Assembly (NCBI GenBank): GCA_951406725.2 | Contig: OX597822.1 | Coordinates: 110,732,001 to 110,796,000, forward strand | Direction of reading: 5' to 3' | Length of the DNA stretch: 64,000 nt | From: Octopus vulgaris | Taxonomy: Eukaryota | Shown here: one piece after another, positions 1 through 14,207 of the stretch | How positions within the stretch are numbered: the stretch's first letter is position 1 | How the letters are laid out: each line of letters begins with the position of its first letter | Translations under genes and position numbers: made by a program | The notes under the pieces: generated by a model | What the model saw: only the letters and a program-made list of their open reading frames with translations | The model's database searches: none | Told to the model about the DNA's origin: nothing

Positions 1-680
1 ATTGACAGCAATTGTTGGCTTTATAAAATTAATCTAGTTCTTTATTGTCTAAGTCAACTCCGCCGCTTTTTGCAAGAAAATAAATAATAGAATTAGGTTG
101 TTGTAGTCTTGCCACAAATTTAAAATCTGCTGCAAGACGATATGATTATCTCTGAAAGAAAAATGAAATGCGGATTTATATGGGGAGAAGACGCAAGTGA
201 GAAAAGTGAAATCGATTAATAAACTTCAAAGTAAATTTAATAGATCTTAATCCTCCTAATCACTACTATATAAAGACTTGATAAGTGATGTCTTGTCTAA
301 TACGAATAAGTACTTAGTGTCGAGTTTCCTAGATTACTAGATGAATATAAATGATGCGTATATAGTATCAATGGAGTTACTTGTTAAGAATATACTTTGT
401 TTCAAAAGGATGATGTCACGAGATATTTAATTACAAAATAAAGCCTTATACTGAACATAGAGTTTGATAATATAAGTAACTGAACCATTTATATTTGGAA
501 GTATATAGGACATAACAAGGGGAAAAGCATCACCAAATGACTTATCACAAAGGTGCTCATGTCAAGCAATAGTCAGTGAACGAGCTATTTCAAAATTTGT
601 ACAGGCCTGATAGTTTTCCCATACGGTAGTCCTTTATGTCTTAGCAATTCACCTTTAGTAGTATGAACAATAAATATGGA

Positions 681-1064
681 TGGAAGCACTCCGTCAGTTA
701 CGACGATGAGGGTTCCGGTTGATCCGACCAACGGAACAGCCTGCTCGGGAAATTAACGTGTAAGTGGCTGAGCACTCCACAGACACGTGTACCCTTAACG
801 TAGTTCTCGGGGATATTCAGCGTGACACAGAGAGTGACAAGGCCGGCCCTTTGAAATACAGGTACAACAGAAACAGGAAGTAAGAGTGAGAGAAAGTTGT
901 GGTGAAAGAGTACAGCAGGGATCACCACCATCCCCTGCCGGAGCCTCGTGGAGCTTTAGGTGTTTTCGCTCAATAAACACTCACAACGCCCGGTCTGGGA
1001 ATCGAAACCGCGATCCTACGACCGCGAGTCCGCTGCCCTAACCATTGGGCCATTGCGACTCCAC
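681..1064 (-). mobile_element. tRNA-derived SINE, family A (~385 bp), full length with target-site duplication
   Basis: Minus-strand tRNA-like head (TGGCCCAATGGTTAGGGCAGCGG...GGTTTCGATTCC, A/B boxes); near-identical copy at 34124-34493; flanking direct repeat ACAATAAATAT at 667-677 and 1065-1075. Confidence 0.9.
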
Positions 1065-1439
1065 ACAATAAATATACACATGCCCTGTACCACTTTCATA
1101 TTACTTATCTATTTGATGTATAGTTTTAAACTCAAAGATCCGATTAAAGTTATTTGGAAACACAAATCTTAGTGTGGTTATTTTTCGGTCGTACAGACTA
1201 GTTGACAATGAGAACAACTAAAAACAAAATAGGACCACAGGCTGCGCTAAAATGGTATTAGACACGTACGAGTTTGACACATTCCTATTGGTCAAAGTGA
1301 GCCACAGAGCCATATAGCAGGCCAGTAGTAACACTGCTGGAAAACTAATGTTATAGAGTAAGTGAAGAATCACCATGCAACAAAAGTGTGGTTATATCAC
1401 CGTCTGTGTTCCCTATCTATATCACCTTCTGTGTTCCCT

Positions 1440-2530
1440 ATCTTTTATCCCAGACACAGGAATTCCTCAACCAACTGTAGTGGCTTCCCACCTACGTCCA
1501 TAATTTTTTCCGGCTTCTTAATGTTCTCTACAAGATACTTCATCTAAATCTCATTCATGTTCAGCCCCACAGTCATCGACACAATCTGCACCTCCTGCAT
1601 CAACTCCTCTTCCTCCCTCATTGTGTTTGTCACCTAAACTATGTCACCAGAAAATTCAGCATCTGATATCTTTTTAGCCCTGACATTCATGCTCTGAGCC
1701 GGTGCAACAGTAAAGCCAGAGTCCTGGTGTTTCTCTAACGCAAGGTTCATACAATAGTCCACTATGATGATAAAAAGGTAGGGAGCCAAGGTATGTCCCT
1801 GGAGCACTCCAGCCAGTATATCAAAGAACTCGTCAAGTGTAATTATTAAGGCTCTGGTGTTGGTGTAGAGCAGCGATATCAGGTCCACTATCTTCTTGGA
1901 GATTCCATAAGCCTGTAATATCTTAATCGGGCAGTGACGGTCCACAGAATCAAAGGCCTTACTAAAGTCAATGAAAACTATGATAGCAGGAAGGCTTTCT
2001 GCTCTAGCTCCCTCTAATGTCCTCCTCAGCATTAGAATGTAACTGGTGGTTGATCTGTCCTCTCTGAAACCGTCCCGGCGGCCCCTGAGCTTCTCCATCT
2101 CGGGCTGGATCCCCTTAATAATCATCCTGTTGAGGGTCTTTGCCACGAGTGACATCAGTGAGATCCCCTGTAGCTGTTGATGACAGGGAGATACACTCTC
2201 TTTGACACTGGAATGATGTTACTGATCCGCCACTGATTTGGGGCAACTCCTTTTCCCGTGCCTGGTTACAGAACTCCAGGACGATATTATCAAAATCACA
2301 CCTCTTCATTACTTCTGATGCTACTCCATCTTCTCCATAGGCCTTTCCCTCTTTGATTTTCTAGGCTCTCTGAAGCTCCTCTTTGGCAAAGAGTCCTGTC
2401 TCTATATCCAGTTCCTCAAATAGCTGCTTGAACTCCCCAGTGTTCTGGGTTGTGGATGCGGCTCTCCTAATAGGATCTTACAATGGTCCAGGGATTTACT
2501 CATCCCAACCTCGGGCCCTGTTCCCTGGAT
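1440..2530 (-). mobile_element. Decayed RTE-like non-LTR retrotransposon, reverse transcriptase fragment
   Basis: ORF 1634-2155 has FIDFSKAFDSVDR and GVLQGHTLAPYLFIIIVDY, with a degenerate (F)ADD region; frameshifted flanking pieces. Confidence 0.85.
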
Positions 2531-3109
2531 CACACAATAAGCTAGACAAATATAGAACGTAAAGAGTGCGCAACGTTACATAACGTTACATCTATTTCAT
2601 AGATCTAACATAAACACAGCGAACGGAAAATCTCTAAAAAAAGATATATAACGAAAACTTCGTAGCTAATTCCTCATCAGTCAAAGTTCAGAAGGTCCTT
2701 ATAATTTCGCACCTTTTATCGTTGATATTGTTTTTGTTTTTGTTTTTAGATAAAATTGACAAGCTTTTAAATGGTATACGGCACCTTATTTTCTTCAACG
2801 TTATTAGATTCCATATCCAAGAGTGGGGATCATTAACATTGTTTCTTCATCTACGTAAACATGACGTTGTTCTAGCAGAATCTCCCCCCTATATATAAAA
2901 GTATTCTCGTCAATTCTGTCAAACCCCTTCAAGGTGAACTCGATGTGATATTATGTAGCAAATGTTCTGATGTAAAGACTACCTCTGTTAGTGTTCAAAG
3001 CTATCTCGCTTTTCACATATTACTCATACCACTAAGAGAAGTGTGTAACACCGCACTATACAATCAACAGACTGTGGAGATAGAGACAGCGATATTCATA
3101 TTTATTCAT

Positions 3110-3182
3110 ATTGCTCAGGTCACTGCTTGAAATCGAACTCGGAATCTTGGGGTTAGTAGCCCGCGCTCTTCACCACTACGCT
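3110..3182 (-). pseudogene. tRNA-like SINE head or tRNA pseudogene (anticodon loop CTACTAA)
   Basis: Reverse complement GCGTAGTGGTGAAGAGCGCGGGCTACTAACCCCAAGATTCCGAGTTCGATTTC has A box, anticodon arm and B box, but no good acceptor stem. Confidence 0.55.
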
Positions 3183-3788
3183 TATAATCATAAGATGACA
3201 TTTGACAGAATGATAATCTCATACAAACTTCCCAATATTTTAATGCTAACCTAACTTAAAATTGTTCAAACGCTAAAGATTTGATATGGTTCACAAAATA
3301 TTATGTGCAAAATATAACTTACATATATTTTATCAGTTGTTCTTTCTTCGTGAAATATTACAAATTTAATCCCACACTAGTCTAACTTGTCTGTACTAAT
3401 GACGTATTTGTTTTAACAATATTGTATTTGGTATTGCAAAATCAATACACTTCTCAATTACGTTATCGTAGTAAATGGAGATAGTCCCATTGTGATTTCA
3501 GTAATTTCAGATTTCGGTAACAGAGCCAAAAATTACCAATATATACAGCCTTGTTCCTATATGTAACTTGTTCACTGACCATTTGGCGAGTGTCGGCGGA
3601 GGCAAAAATTTGAAGGCGGGCTATGCAATTCATCTAGAATCTCAATATATTAACTATGAGTTAATTGTATACGACCGAATAAACATATATGATTTACTAA
3701 AGCACCGATTAAATAAGGTATATTATTATAGGAATTCAGTAATGCTAAAGTATTGTATTCAATTTTCTTTGTGTACACTTTTTCTGGT

Positions 3789-3878
3789 ACCTACCTACCT
3801 ACCTACCTACCTACCTACCTACCTACCTACCTACCTACCTATCTATCTATCTATCTATCTATCTACCTACCTACCTAC

Positions 3879-3936
<58 letters not shown>

Positions 3937-3972
3937 CGTCTGTCTCTTTTATATGTCTGTCTGTCTGTCTGT
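3789..3972. repeat. Compound (CCTA)n/(TCTA)n/(TCTG)n microsatellite
   Basis: Directly visible. Confidence 0.95.
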
Positions 3973-5475
3973 CTCGAGAAAAAAGAATGAGTGTGTGAAT
4001 GTGAGAAAATTAGAAAGAGACTGGAGGTAAAGGCAGAAATAAATGTAACATTAAATTCAACCGATGCTGCGCCTAATAAAATGAAACTGTACGGAAGGTA
4101 ATTTAGATAACCTAACAGCATCATGGCTATAAAATAGATGAACATCTTTTTTAAACAAATGCATGAAATAGAATATGATATACATTGCACCCAATCACAT
4201 GCTAACATTAAGAGTGTATTATTATTATTATTATTATTATTGTTCACGAATATGAAAAATAAAATCGCCTGAACAATAAACCACAAACCTAAAGCTGGCG
4301 TATAAATACGACTAAGAAAATGTACAAATTTCTATCTAAGCATGAATGTTGTAGCCTTTATGGCACTAGCTTTTACATTAGTTATGTAATTACAACACCA
4401 TTTTGTCGACTCTAGAAGTATTTATAACAAGGAACCTTTGCAAAGCATTACATTCGAACTTTCGATAGAGAAAAATTAGTTTTTTTTCCATTTTCATATG
4501 GGAACTCCCGCCAATAGTAGAAGACTGCTCAATGAAAGCTGTATTAATAGAACATCACTATACAAGAATTAACATGCGCACAGTGCACATTAATAAAAGA
4601 TTACAATTATTAAGATTACTAGACAGCGGGGAGTATATACTTGCACATCTGAACTGCGAGATATATCAGCTAAATATATTTATGATACATACTCTAACAT
4701 CTTTTGAGAAAGAGTAGATACTGTAGGCCAAGTTGCGTTATGCATAAAAAATGGGGTGGGATGGCCATGTGTGTGATCATAGTTTTGTTTTAACAGAGCT
4801 GATTCGGGGTTAAATATTGATAATAACAACAATAGAGCCCAAAGTAGTGCTGATGCGGTCGTTTGACCTGTCGTAAATAGCAAACAAATATATGTCAGAA
4901 CCGTATATTGCTGTATTTAGGAAATTAATTATTTATTGGCGACTGTAGTCATGGAGATAAAAAGAGATAGGATGGTGACTATACTTCAAGAGATACCAAA
5001 TCAAAATTCTTTGTTAAGAACACTTGCATTAATGGCTTTATTAACCTGAGAGAGGTCAGCCTACAATATCTGGAGGCAGAAAACAATATTTTTTGGAGAG
5101 GGCATTATTGTTTGATTACAATGCTTTGTTTTAAATAAGTATCACCTCCAAAATGTCTACCAGATTACACTCACAGTAAAAGCAAGATATTAGACAAAAG
5201 AGGATAAAAAGAGTCAACCAAATAATTTTTTAAAGATGTCAGCAACAACAAAATTAGCGCTCATGCAGAGACAACGACGTTATACAATGCGTACCAGCTG
5301 AGAAGAGCAAAATCTATCTACCACGTGACACCAACAGCATTTTTATAGGAGTAAGGGACTTTTGTAAAAGTAAGGGATGTTTAATAGAGCGGCTAATAAA
5401 AATGTTATTAATATTAATGATGATGATGATAATAATAACAATAATAAGAATAATAATAATAATAATAATAATACG

Positions 5476-5681
5476 GAACCGCTGACAAAATCGTTAACAC
5501 GCCGGGTAAAATGTGTAGCGGCATTTCGTCCGTCTTCACGTTCTGGGTTCAAATTCCGCCGAGGTAGACTTTGCCTTTCAACCTTTCGGGATCGATAAAG
5601 TAAGCACCAGTAGAACACTAGGGTCAATGTAATAAAATTATCTCATCTCTCGAAATTTCTTGTCGTGTACCAAAATTTGAA

Positions 5682-5746
<65 letters not shown>

Positions 5747-5960
5747 GGCGGCAAGCTGGCAGAATCGTTAGCACCGGCAGTCGAGATGCTTAGCGGCATT
5801 TCGTCCAACTTCACGACCAGTGCTCAAATTCCGACGAAGACGATTTTGCATTTCATTCTTTCTGCGTCTATAAAATACGTACCATATAAGCACTGGGGTC
5901 TATGTTATCGACTAGCGCCCTCCTTCAAAATTCCAGCTCTTGTGCCTATGTTAGAAATGA
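5476..5960 (+). mobile_element. Two diverged family C SINE copies separated by (TTA)n
   Basis: Share the GTTCAAATTCCGCCGAGG..GACTTTGCCTTTCA..CTTTCGGG..CGATAAA..AAGTACCAG core with the other family C copies. Confidence 0.8.
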
Positions 5961-8889
5961 TTGTTGTTGTTGTTGTTGTTGTTAGGATACACAAATATAG
6001 TGTGGGCCAAAATCATGCACCAAACTATTTGACTTTTTATTTATATTACGATAGTATTGTTGCTATCCAATTTGTACATGCTTATTCATCATTTTTTTTT
6101 ATTCAATTTTACAAAACTTGAAATATATCTCCGGAGCGTTCCATGTTATTCTGTGAGAGGCTGTTGACCTACCCTATATAATTAAACGACACACTAATGT
6201 TTGAAGGATCATTTTAAGTAAATGGTTAAATATCGTCGATTTGATCTATTTCATATCAAAATTTAGTTTGCATCTCCGATGATTATCAGAAATATCAATA
6301 ATTTATTAGAAACTCAATGTATCGTCCCGAATACACAATAAAAAAGACGAGTTGCTATACTTAGACATTTCCGAAGTGACTCTAAGCAAAAATGAAAAAC
6401 ACTTTTAGCAAATGCTTCAACACAGGAAATGTCTTATTTATAGACAACGGCAGAGTTAATTTTATGCTAAGGACATGTGCTTTTCTCACTAGCATTAAAT
6501 GATGGCTGCAATAAATGTTTCCGAGTAGGAATTGAAACTTAAGCTGAGAGGAATTTGAGCATAAATAGGCGTCATTAAAGGCTGTACGTATTTTGTTCGA
6601 CGTTCTAACGATTCAGATAATCTTATACCACAATTATACTATGAAGTTCAGACGGGGAATAAAACATAATATTGCTAAAACATCTATTATACCGAGTTAA
6701 TACTCCATTACGAAATTACTTGTGTTGCTACATGAGTGGAGGGTGAATTCCAAAAGTATGTAATATTATTTTGTAAGCTACAAATTACTACCTGACTTGA
6801 AAGACATTATTTTCTATATCATAATATCTTTGCTGAAGAATAACGGTTAACTTCGTTCTGATTAGTATTTCAGAATTCCAGTTGGAAAAAAAGGTTCGAT
6901 GGATGTTTGCTAAATTATTAGTTACCCTGCTGGAAACAGCAATTTTTCCTTTTGTGAAATGAGATGCTGTCTAGAATAAACGTAGCGAGAAATATGTCTA
7001 AAATATATAAATATACAATCTATACGGGAACATTAGGGTTTCAATGAGGTCTGCAAGTTTTGATAATTTGTTAGTTATGGATTTCTTTTTTTACTATAAA
7101 ATCTTCAAAGGAACTACAAATGTCTTCCTTCTATACTGAATAAAGATTACTTTTGTGGCCTTTGCATAATACATGAGTAGATCTAAATTTTTATTGTTAA
7201 AACCAGGATCGCAGGATGTTGAATATTAAATAGAGCAAGACATTACAATGAAATTAACGACTAACAATTGTTATGAATACTAAAGGACCACCGACTTAAT
7301 TTACTTAATGAGATAAGAAGCAGTAAACACTGCAAAACTTTTGACTTTGGAACTAACAACTGAAAGAGAAGTTGTTATATGCAGAGATATCCGAGGTGAC
7401 TTCAAGCAAACATTCAAAATCTGTTTAGTAATACGGCAACACAGGATGTCCTATTTTTTAATAATAGTTGTTTTTATTTTATAATAAAACCATGCTCTTC
7501 TCAAGCCATGATTGAAATAAATTATTTCAAGGAATCGAAAGTTGGTGCATATAATGGCCATTTTTATACAAACTGAATGGGAAAATAAAATGTTGTTGTC
7601 TTTCTAGTATATCATGACATTTGTGTCTACACGCAGGGCTGTAATTGAAAATATAGCAGGTATATTATGTTACAGTAATATATTTCAACTTTTTCCTGAA
7701 GGGTACTCACTATTATAAAAAATCTGTAAAAATATATAATCAAAGTGCACTACATGAATTGCAAAACAATATTCCTATAGAACAGTCAATTATTCTTATG
7801 ACACAGTTTCCAAGGATGTACTTTCATAAAATCTTTTGCACTTCTGAAAACAGAGAAACATACTTTTTACTCACATTAATATGAATTCTTTTAAAGTTCT
7901 TGTACGTGATCGACTTTTTCCTTGCTTTCTCTGCAATGGATTCTCTGTAGTCAGGGTTGAAAAAGAAAGACAAAGTTAACGACAGATTGCTTCTCTCTGG
8001 AGAAATTCAGTGAAAGCATATGTTTGAAAGCTTTCTCTCACATCCATACATTTGCTTTCGTTTGCCAATTGCTTTAATTGCGTTAGTTTTCTATGGAAAT
8101 AATCATCCAAATATTATAAAATAATCCTATTTTATCAATCATAGTATTGCTACTCCCTTTTTACAGAATATCGTATGTTTTCCATACTTACTATTTGACT
8201 GATAGCATAAAAGTAGTCATACAAAATACATGGCGGATTCTGTACCTCAACTCCCTCATTATAAACACAAGCTTACTTTATTCAGAATACTTGCTTCAGA
8301 CGAAACTATTTCAAAATAATAAAGATAGGTATTTCTCTTTTTCGTTTTATGGATTTGGAAATTTGATATAAATATAAATAAGGAATTGAAAACAAAATAC
8401 CCAAGGTGATATTGCGCAATATGTTGAAATATGATCGTTTTTAATCTGTATTATTCCTTATTTTCTGTTTTAGTTAAATGTAAGCTATCACCTGGAGATT
8501 CAATTGACAGAATTACAAGCCTAGATATTAATTAATATAATTCTTGCTTACACTTTGTTCTTACTGCTAATTAGTTCCTTTTCACATCTATAGTTTCAGG
8601 TATATTGGTTCAGGATATAATATTAGTTGATTATATAATATAAGGTTATTTTATGCCACGTCTTCAATGCACATATATTTGTATTTATTGAATTAGATCA
8701 TATGCATGATCAAACAGCTAATAAGATCGCGAAAGTATCAATATCCATTTCTACACGTTCTTCGGGAACGTGCCCTGTACGTTATATCTGAAACAAAATA
8801 CATTTTTAGGTGGCCATATACTGCTACAAAATTACATTTATCTTTTGACAAAATTAATTATGACACAAGATTTATTTTATTATTATTTT

Positions 8890-9120
8890 TTTATTTACTA
8901 CCCACAAGGGGCTAAACATAGAAGGGACAAACAAGGACAGGCAAAGGGATTAAGTCGATTACATCGACCCCAGTGCGCAACTGGTACTTAATTTATCGAC
9001 CCCGAAAAGATGAAAGGCAAAGTCGACCTCAGCGGAATTTGAACTTGGAACGTAACGACAGACGAAACACTGCTAGGCATTTTGCCCGGCGTGCTCATGT
9101 CTTTGGCCACTCGCCGCCTT
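8890..9120 (-). mobile_element. Family C tRNA-derived SINE
   Basis: Reverse complement of the family C sequence (GGCGGCGAG..GGC..A head through CCCCTTGTGGGTAGTAAA tail). Confidence 0.88.
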
Positions 9121-9939
9121 TTACGACACAAGATTTATTGTGACACTTTTCTTTACGCAGACACCCGTTATATAAACTACAGGAACGTGCCTCAGTGTGC
9201 TGAAGGTAGTTTAAAGTCAAATAAAATAATAAGATCTAGTTATAAATAGTGACACAACTAGATATATTCAGCCTAGATATATGGGATTTTTAATGTATTT
9301 TATATAAAACCTCATCCTTATGAGACGTGTAGTCGTTGATAACTTAAAGTGAGCACTGAAAAACAGAGAAGTCTAACAAATTATGACGTTTTGTTACGTT
9401 TCAATAGTTACAGAATTTTCAGAGATTGTGCGTCACCATATTCAATTTTTTTAGTATAGAGTTACGTCCCTTCTCATAATGAACTGAAAATGGAATAGAA
9501 TTGGCAATATGAGCTGATAGTAATTCAATTGTTTATAAAATTTCACGATGGCCTTATGACAATATATGAAAGAATCAATACATGTAGGCTCAGTGTATTA
9601 TAGAATAAATGGTAAACTTCTTGATTTCTGGATGAAATGCAAAACTTTAAGACGAAATGTTGTATGCAGCTAATATGGCACTAGCTCTTGAGTAAGGCAT
9701 AATTTGCAGTAACGCTAAACAGTTTCAGATGGGCTCCATGCGCTGTGATTTCATTTCACTTAGTGTAATAATGAAATTTAAAAGTAATATGGAAGCTAGA
9801 TCCTCACATTTCTCGTCAAAGATTTAGCAAGTATTACATAATATCGTCCGAGCGTACGCGCCCGTTGGAGCGAATGGACTGGACCTCTACATGTAAATAC
9901 TAACAGTCTGAGAAAGTGAGGGTAATGCTGAGTAATGCT

Positions 9940-11590
9940 AGCTCCAGGCGGTTTGAGTTATTCGTATCGGAGTTAATTTCGTCGTATTATTGTTAGACGT
10001 ATGTCACTTGTTGAAAATTTTGTTGAAGGTCTCCCCTCCTGGGTGTACCCAAGACTATTAATTGTTATTTGTTGAAACTGCGGATTATTGCTATTTTTGA
10101 ATTTTTTTTTTCCCCCATTGTGGGAAGAATGGAGAAGGCGCCAACAGGGGGCCACAGCTATGCGGCTGCAACGGGTAACGCAGTGAAAGTTGAAGCGCTG
10201 GAAGTACATGAAGTAAAGATCAAACAAGAAAATGAAAGAATGCGAAAAAGTGTTGAGAAAATAAGGAAACACGCTAAGACTAACGCTACCTGCAGACCTC
10301 ACAAGAGACGTAACCAAAAGGACAGTAACTTATAAGACACTGAAGGTAGCATGCAGAAGGATCGAAATAGCAACAATCGAGGGTATTGAGGAATGTTTGA
10401 AAGGAATAAAGAGGTTGACAAAATCCATTACCAGAGGAAGAAAGTATGGCATTTTAGAGGTGCGTTTTGCGACAGAGAATGAAGCGATTAAACAGTCTAC
10501 GGAAGCAAAAAGAACAGAGGAATGGGTGTTTCTGCCGTCCTATTGTGGGAAACGTGTTGCCAGATTAAGAGTTGGCAAAGTGCCGCCAGCGATAAAAGGA
10601 ACATGGCTGATGGCAGCCGTCATGTACAATATGGAGGGGGAGGCCAAGATTCTCAAGGCCACAAGAACAAAAAGAGTGAACTATTAGGGATGTGGCATAG
10701 AAATGGCCATTCCAGCGAGGATAGATGACCTCAATAGAATCTCGGAAGAAATAGTTCTTCCGGAAGACGTAAGACTTTGAGTGGTGGGGGAAGGTAGGCC
10801 ACCCGTATGCTATGAATGTGGAGGAAAAGGCCACATGCAGGCGAAACGCCCCCAGACAAAACAACAGATGGAACAGATGGAAAAGCAAGAGAGTGCAGAC
10901 CAAGTGGCACGAGTTGAGTTGAAGGAGACAAGAAGAGATGAAGGATATACGGTAGTAAAAAAAGAAAGAGAAATGATAGAGTAAGCTTTCCGCCAGAGAG
11001 GCAGAGAATGAAGAAAGAAACGGTAGAGAAAAAGGTTAGGAAGGAAGACAGACGAAAGGATGATAAAATAGTGGTTAACAAGGAGGTCGAGAAAGAACTT
11101 GAAAAGGAATTCGAAGAGTTGCAGAAGGAAGTGAAAGCAGCAAACACTTGGATTGTACCAGTACAGGAGGAGGATTCAGGAGAACAATTATACGAAGGTG
11201 AAATGGAGGAATTATTCAGAGTGGGAAGAGAAAAGGTACCAGCAGTGGAGCGGGAACAGGGAAAGCAAGCAAGAAAGTCCCATAATCGATGGAATATTTG
11301 TGGCCAGACAGCATGACGTGACCCCCCGCAGAACGGACGAGGTGGTCTTTCTACCCATACAGTTGGGAAGGCGTGCTTCTAGATTAAGGTTAGAAGAGAT
11401 CCCTCCTGAAGTGGATATTGCCTGGCTGGTAGCCGCCTCCTGTTGGGAATGCAGGAGAAGGCTGTGGTCCTCCAAGCCAAAAGAGTACCACCCAGTAATT
11501 GGCAAGGACAAGACCTGGAAATGATAATCTCAGCCTCTCCGGAAGATTTGGAAAGGATTGTGGAAACCATCACATTCGGAGAAGATGTAA
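9940..11590 (+). pseudogene. Decayed gag/ORF1-like retroelement gene with zinc knuckle (possibly L1/Tx1-type ORF1); no RT follows
   Basis: Frameshifted ORFs 10069-10335, 10397-10687, 10781-10984 (CYECGGKGHMQAKRP, CCHC knuckle with last C>R) and a K/E-rich region; homologous copy at ~15330-15920. Confidence 0.65.
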
Positions 11591-13689
11591 TGTTCTTAAA
11601 ATATTGTTTTTACGTTCCGTGTGGTTCCTGCCGTTTGTTTCGATTATATTGTTATTATACTGTTGCTGTGTGTTTGTTTATTCATAAGGATCACTTAGAA
11701 GAAAAAGGAAGACAATATCTATCCACAAAAATAATCGAAATTATGACAAGTTGTTTGGATAAAATGCTTCCTCGATTCTTATTTTCAAGCCGTTCATTGA
11801 TGACCGAATCATCTAATATATTTTTTCTCTTATAATATTGTTGGTAACTTAGTTGCTGTTTCTACTAACTTAAGTGACCACGAAGGAGGCTCCTACATTA
11901 ATTGGAAAACACATAGGTAGGACTAAATAAATATTTAATCCCTGTATGTACTCGTCTGTTGTGAGGTATTGCCAAGCTCAAAACATGGGCCTAAAAAAGT
12001 TGTATAACATTCCAAATTAACATTATCCATAGATTAGGGGCTCCAGTGATTCATATTTAAGTGAAAATATTTGTAAACTATATAGCAACTGAGAACCGGA
12101 TATTTTCATGATTTTAATCTTGTTAGAATGCTGAAATATGAACCGAATATAAAGTGCAGGTAAACATCTTGATACGTAAATGTCTAAAAAAAATAATGAC
12201 TCACCGTCCAGAAGCTTTTAATTTGCGAACACTTTCCCCTATCTTCTAAAGTTATCTGCAGTATAATATGATAGTCTTTAAAAAAAACTAAGCAAAATGA
12301 TGGATGTGAAACATTCACATGATTAAGATTTATTTCTTTAAAACAAATACATTAATGTCAAAATCTAGTCATAATTTGCTGTGAACCTTTTGAAAGGTTT
12401 CTGAAATTACCCGCTTGATTTCATAACACTTCCTCCCTAATTTAACGTATCACTCTTTCAAAAGTTATTTGAAATAGAGATACATTAAAATATGTAAACT
12501 TTCGCAACATCAAGCGGATAAACTATTCCAAACGAAATTTGAAACCGACAGTTAACAATCATTCGAGGTGATTCACTTATTTATAGATGAGCTAGAATCG
12601 TAGAGTATTATGGAAGTCAAACTTTTAACTGGAGTTCAATTATTTCATTATCTTCAGAACATCACTAATTATCCATGGAAACAAGAGGAATCCTGTTATT
12701 TACAGCACCTGCAAATATTAACACAGTTCAACCAAAAACGGAGAAATCTCACCTAGTTAGCTTTTGTAGTGATAAACATCAAGGCTTTTATCCAAGCAAG
12801 GTGGAGATATCAAGCCTGCAAGGTGATTTTTAATTCTGTAGTCGAAGTTAACAACACACTATATATTTTGATTAGTAGGCCATCTGAAACAGAATTTTAG
12901 AAAGATATTTATAATTTAAGTCGGGAATAAGGTAGAAGCAAAACTAGGGAACCTGATAAAGTGCAACCTAGAAGTCAGTCTCATTTGTTCTAATGGATGT
13001 ATTGACGGGGAATATCCACTTCGCAAAATGATACTTGAGCCTTCAAATAAAAGGAATTCGACTAAATGCTACAAGACGTAAAGTTCTTTCTACTTCTATG
13101 AATTCCATTTTGCATCCTTTAATATCATTTTGGTGTAATAATGGTTGAAGTACAACTTGAAATCAATTACACGAAAATCTTGTCTTCTATTTCTTTAGCT
13201 AATATAACAAGAATATGTTACTAGAAGGCATTATATTATAATCTATTCTGTCAAACAGTTTTCTTCGTATCTGAAACCGAGGACCATTTCTGTTGCTATT
13301 ACTGATATCTAGTTTTTAAATAAGGTTCTTATTGTTCTCAAATTTGCTGTGCCGTTTTGGTTTTGTGCGCTATTTATGGAAATGAATTTAATTTTTGCTA
13401 TAAATTAATAAATAAAGAGTTAAGAGCTTTTAAACTTTGCACATTTTGGGTAATTTTAGCCAATCGAAAGCCGCGGACATATTGGTGCATGTTTCCATAG
13501 AAACAAGTGAAACTTTTGTCTACTGCCCAAACCACCATTACCACCACATGTATGTTATTTTAGCTTATGTAAATTCTTTGAGAAGCCAGAACCTAACTCT
13601 AACCCTAATCCAAACATTGACTTTGTTTTTGTTATTTTTCGTAAAATCGTCGTGGAAGATTTGTCTCCTTTTAAAATTATTTACATAAC

Positions 13690-13820
13690 TATTTCTTTAC
13701 TACCCACAAGGGGCTAAACACAGAGAGGACAAACGGATTAAGTCAATTATATCGACCCCAGTGCGTAACTGATACTTATTTAATCGACCCCGAAAGGATG
13801 AAAGGCAAAGTCGACCTCGT
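13690..13820 (-). mobile_element. Family C SINE, 3' half
   Basis: Matches 8890-9030 and 49910-50050. Confidence 0.85.
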
Positions 13821-14013
13821 TACATACCTGTTCGACCGTTTCATATGGCCGTTCATTTACTAAAGCCACGTACAACTTCCGTCCTCGTAAAGTGTTGCTT
13901 CCATTGTGTTAATTAAAACTTCATCATCATAATATTTTTGTTTTAATTTTGTGATAGACAGCTAACACGCAGAAAATGCCCGCTTCCAAATCCTGTTTTC
14001 TGATTTGGCAAAA

Positions 14014-14192
14014 ATTATTACCGCCGCCAAGGCGAAGGTACTCTTTCCAGTCGTGTTTGTTTGTTTGTCCGTGAACAAGATATCCCAAAAACCACTGAAT
14101 GGATCTGAATGAAACTTTCAGGGATGTTTGGCCATGTAACAAACGGATTAGATTTTGGGATCGATCCGGCATCAGACAAGGATACTGGATTG
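14014..14192 (+). mobile_element. Helentron-associated (HINE/DINE-1-like) element fragment
   Basis: TTATTACC.CCGCCAAGG..AGGT start, (GTTT)n/GTCC microsatellite, then GATATC.CAAAAAC..TG.ATGGAT...ATGAAACTT; recognised layout only. Confidence 0.5.
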
Positions 14193-14207
14193 TTTTTCCT
14201 GTTTTTT

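Noticed and set aside
698-980. Duplicated ORFs MVVIPAVLFHH / MFIERKHLKLH (also at 34197)
   Set aside because: Incidental frames inside family A SINE copies.
2749-3130. Possible exons on either strand (also 4797-4866 and 7875-8088)
   Set aside because: Splice-like signals are common in AT-rich DNA; no recognisable protein or consistent exon chain.
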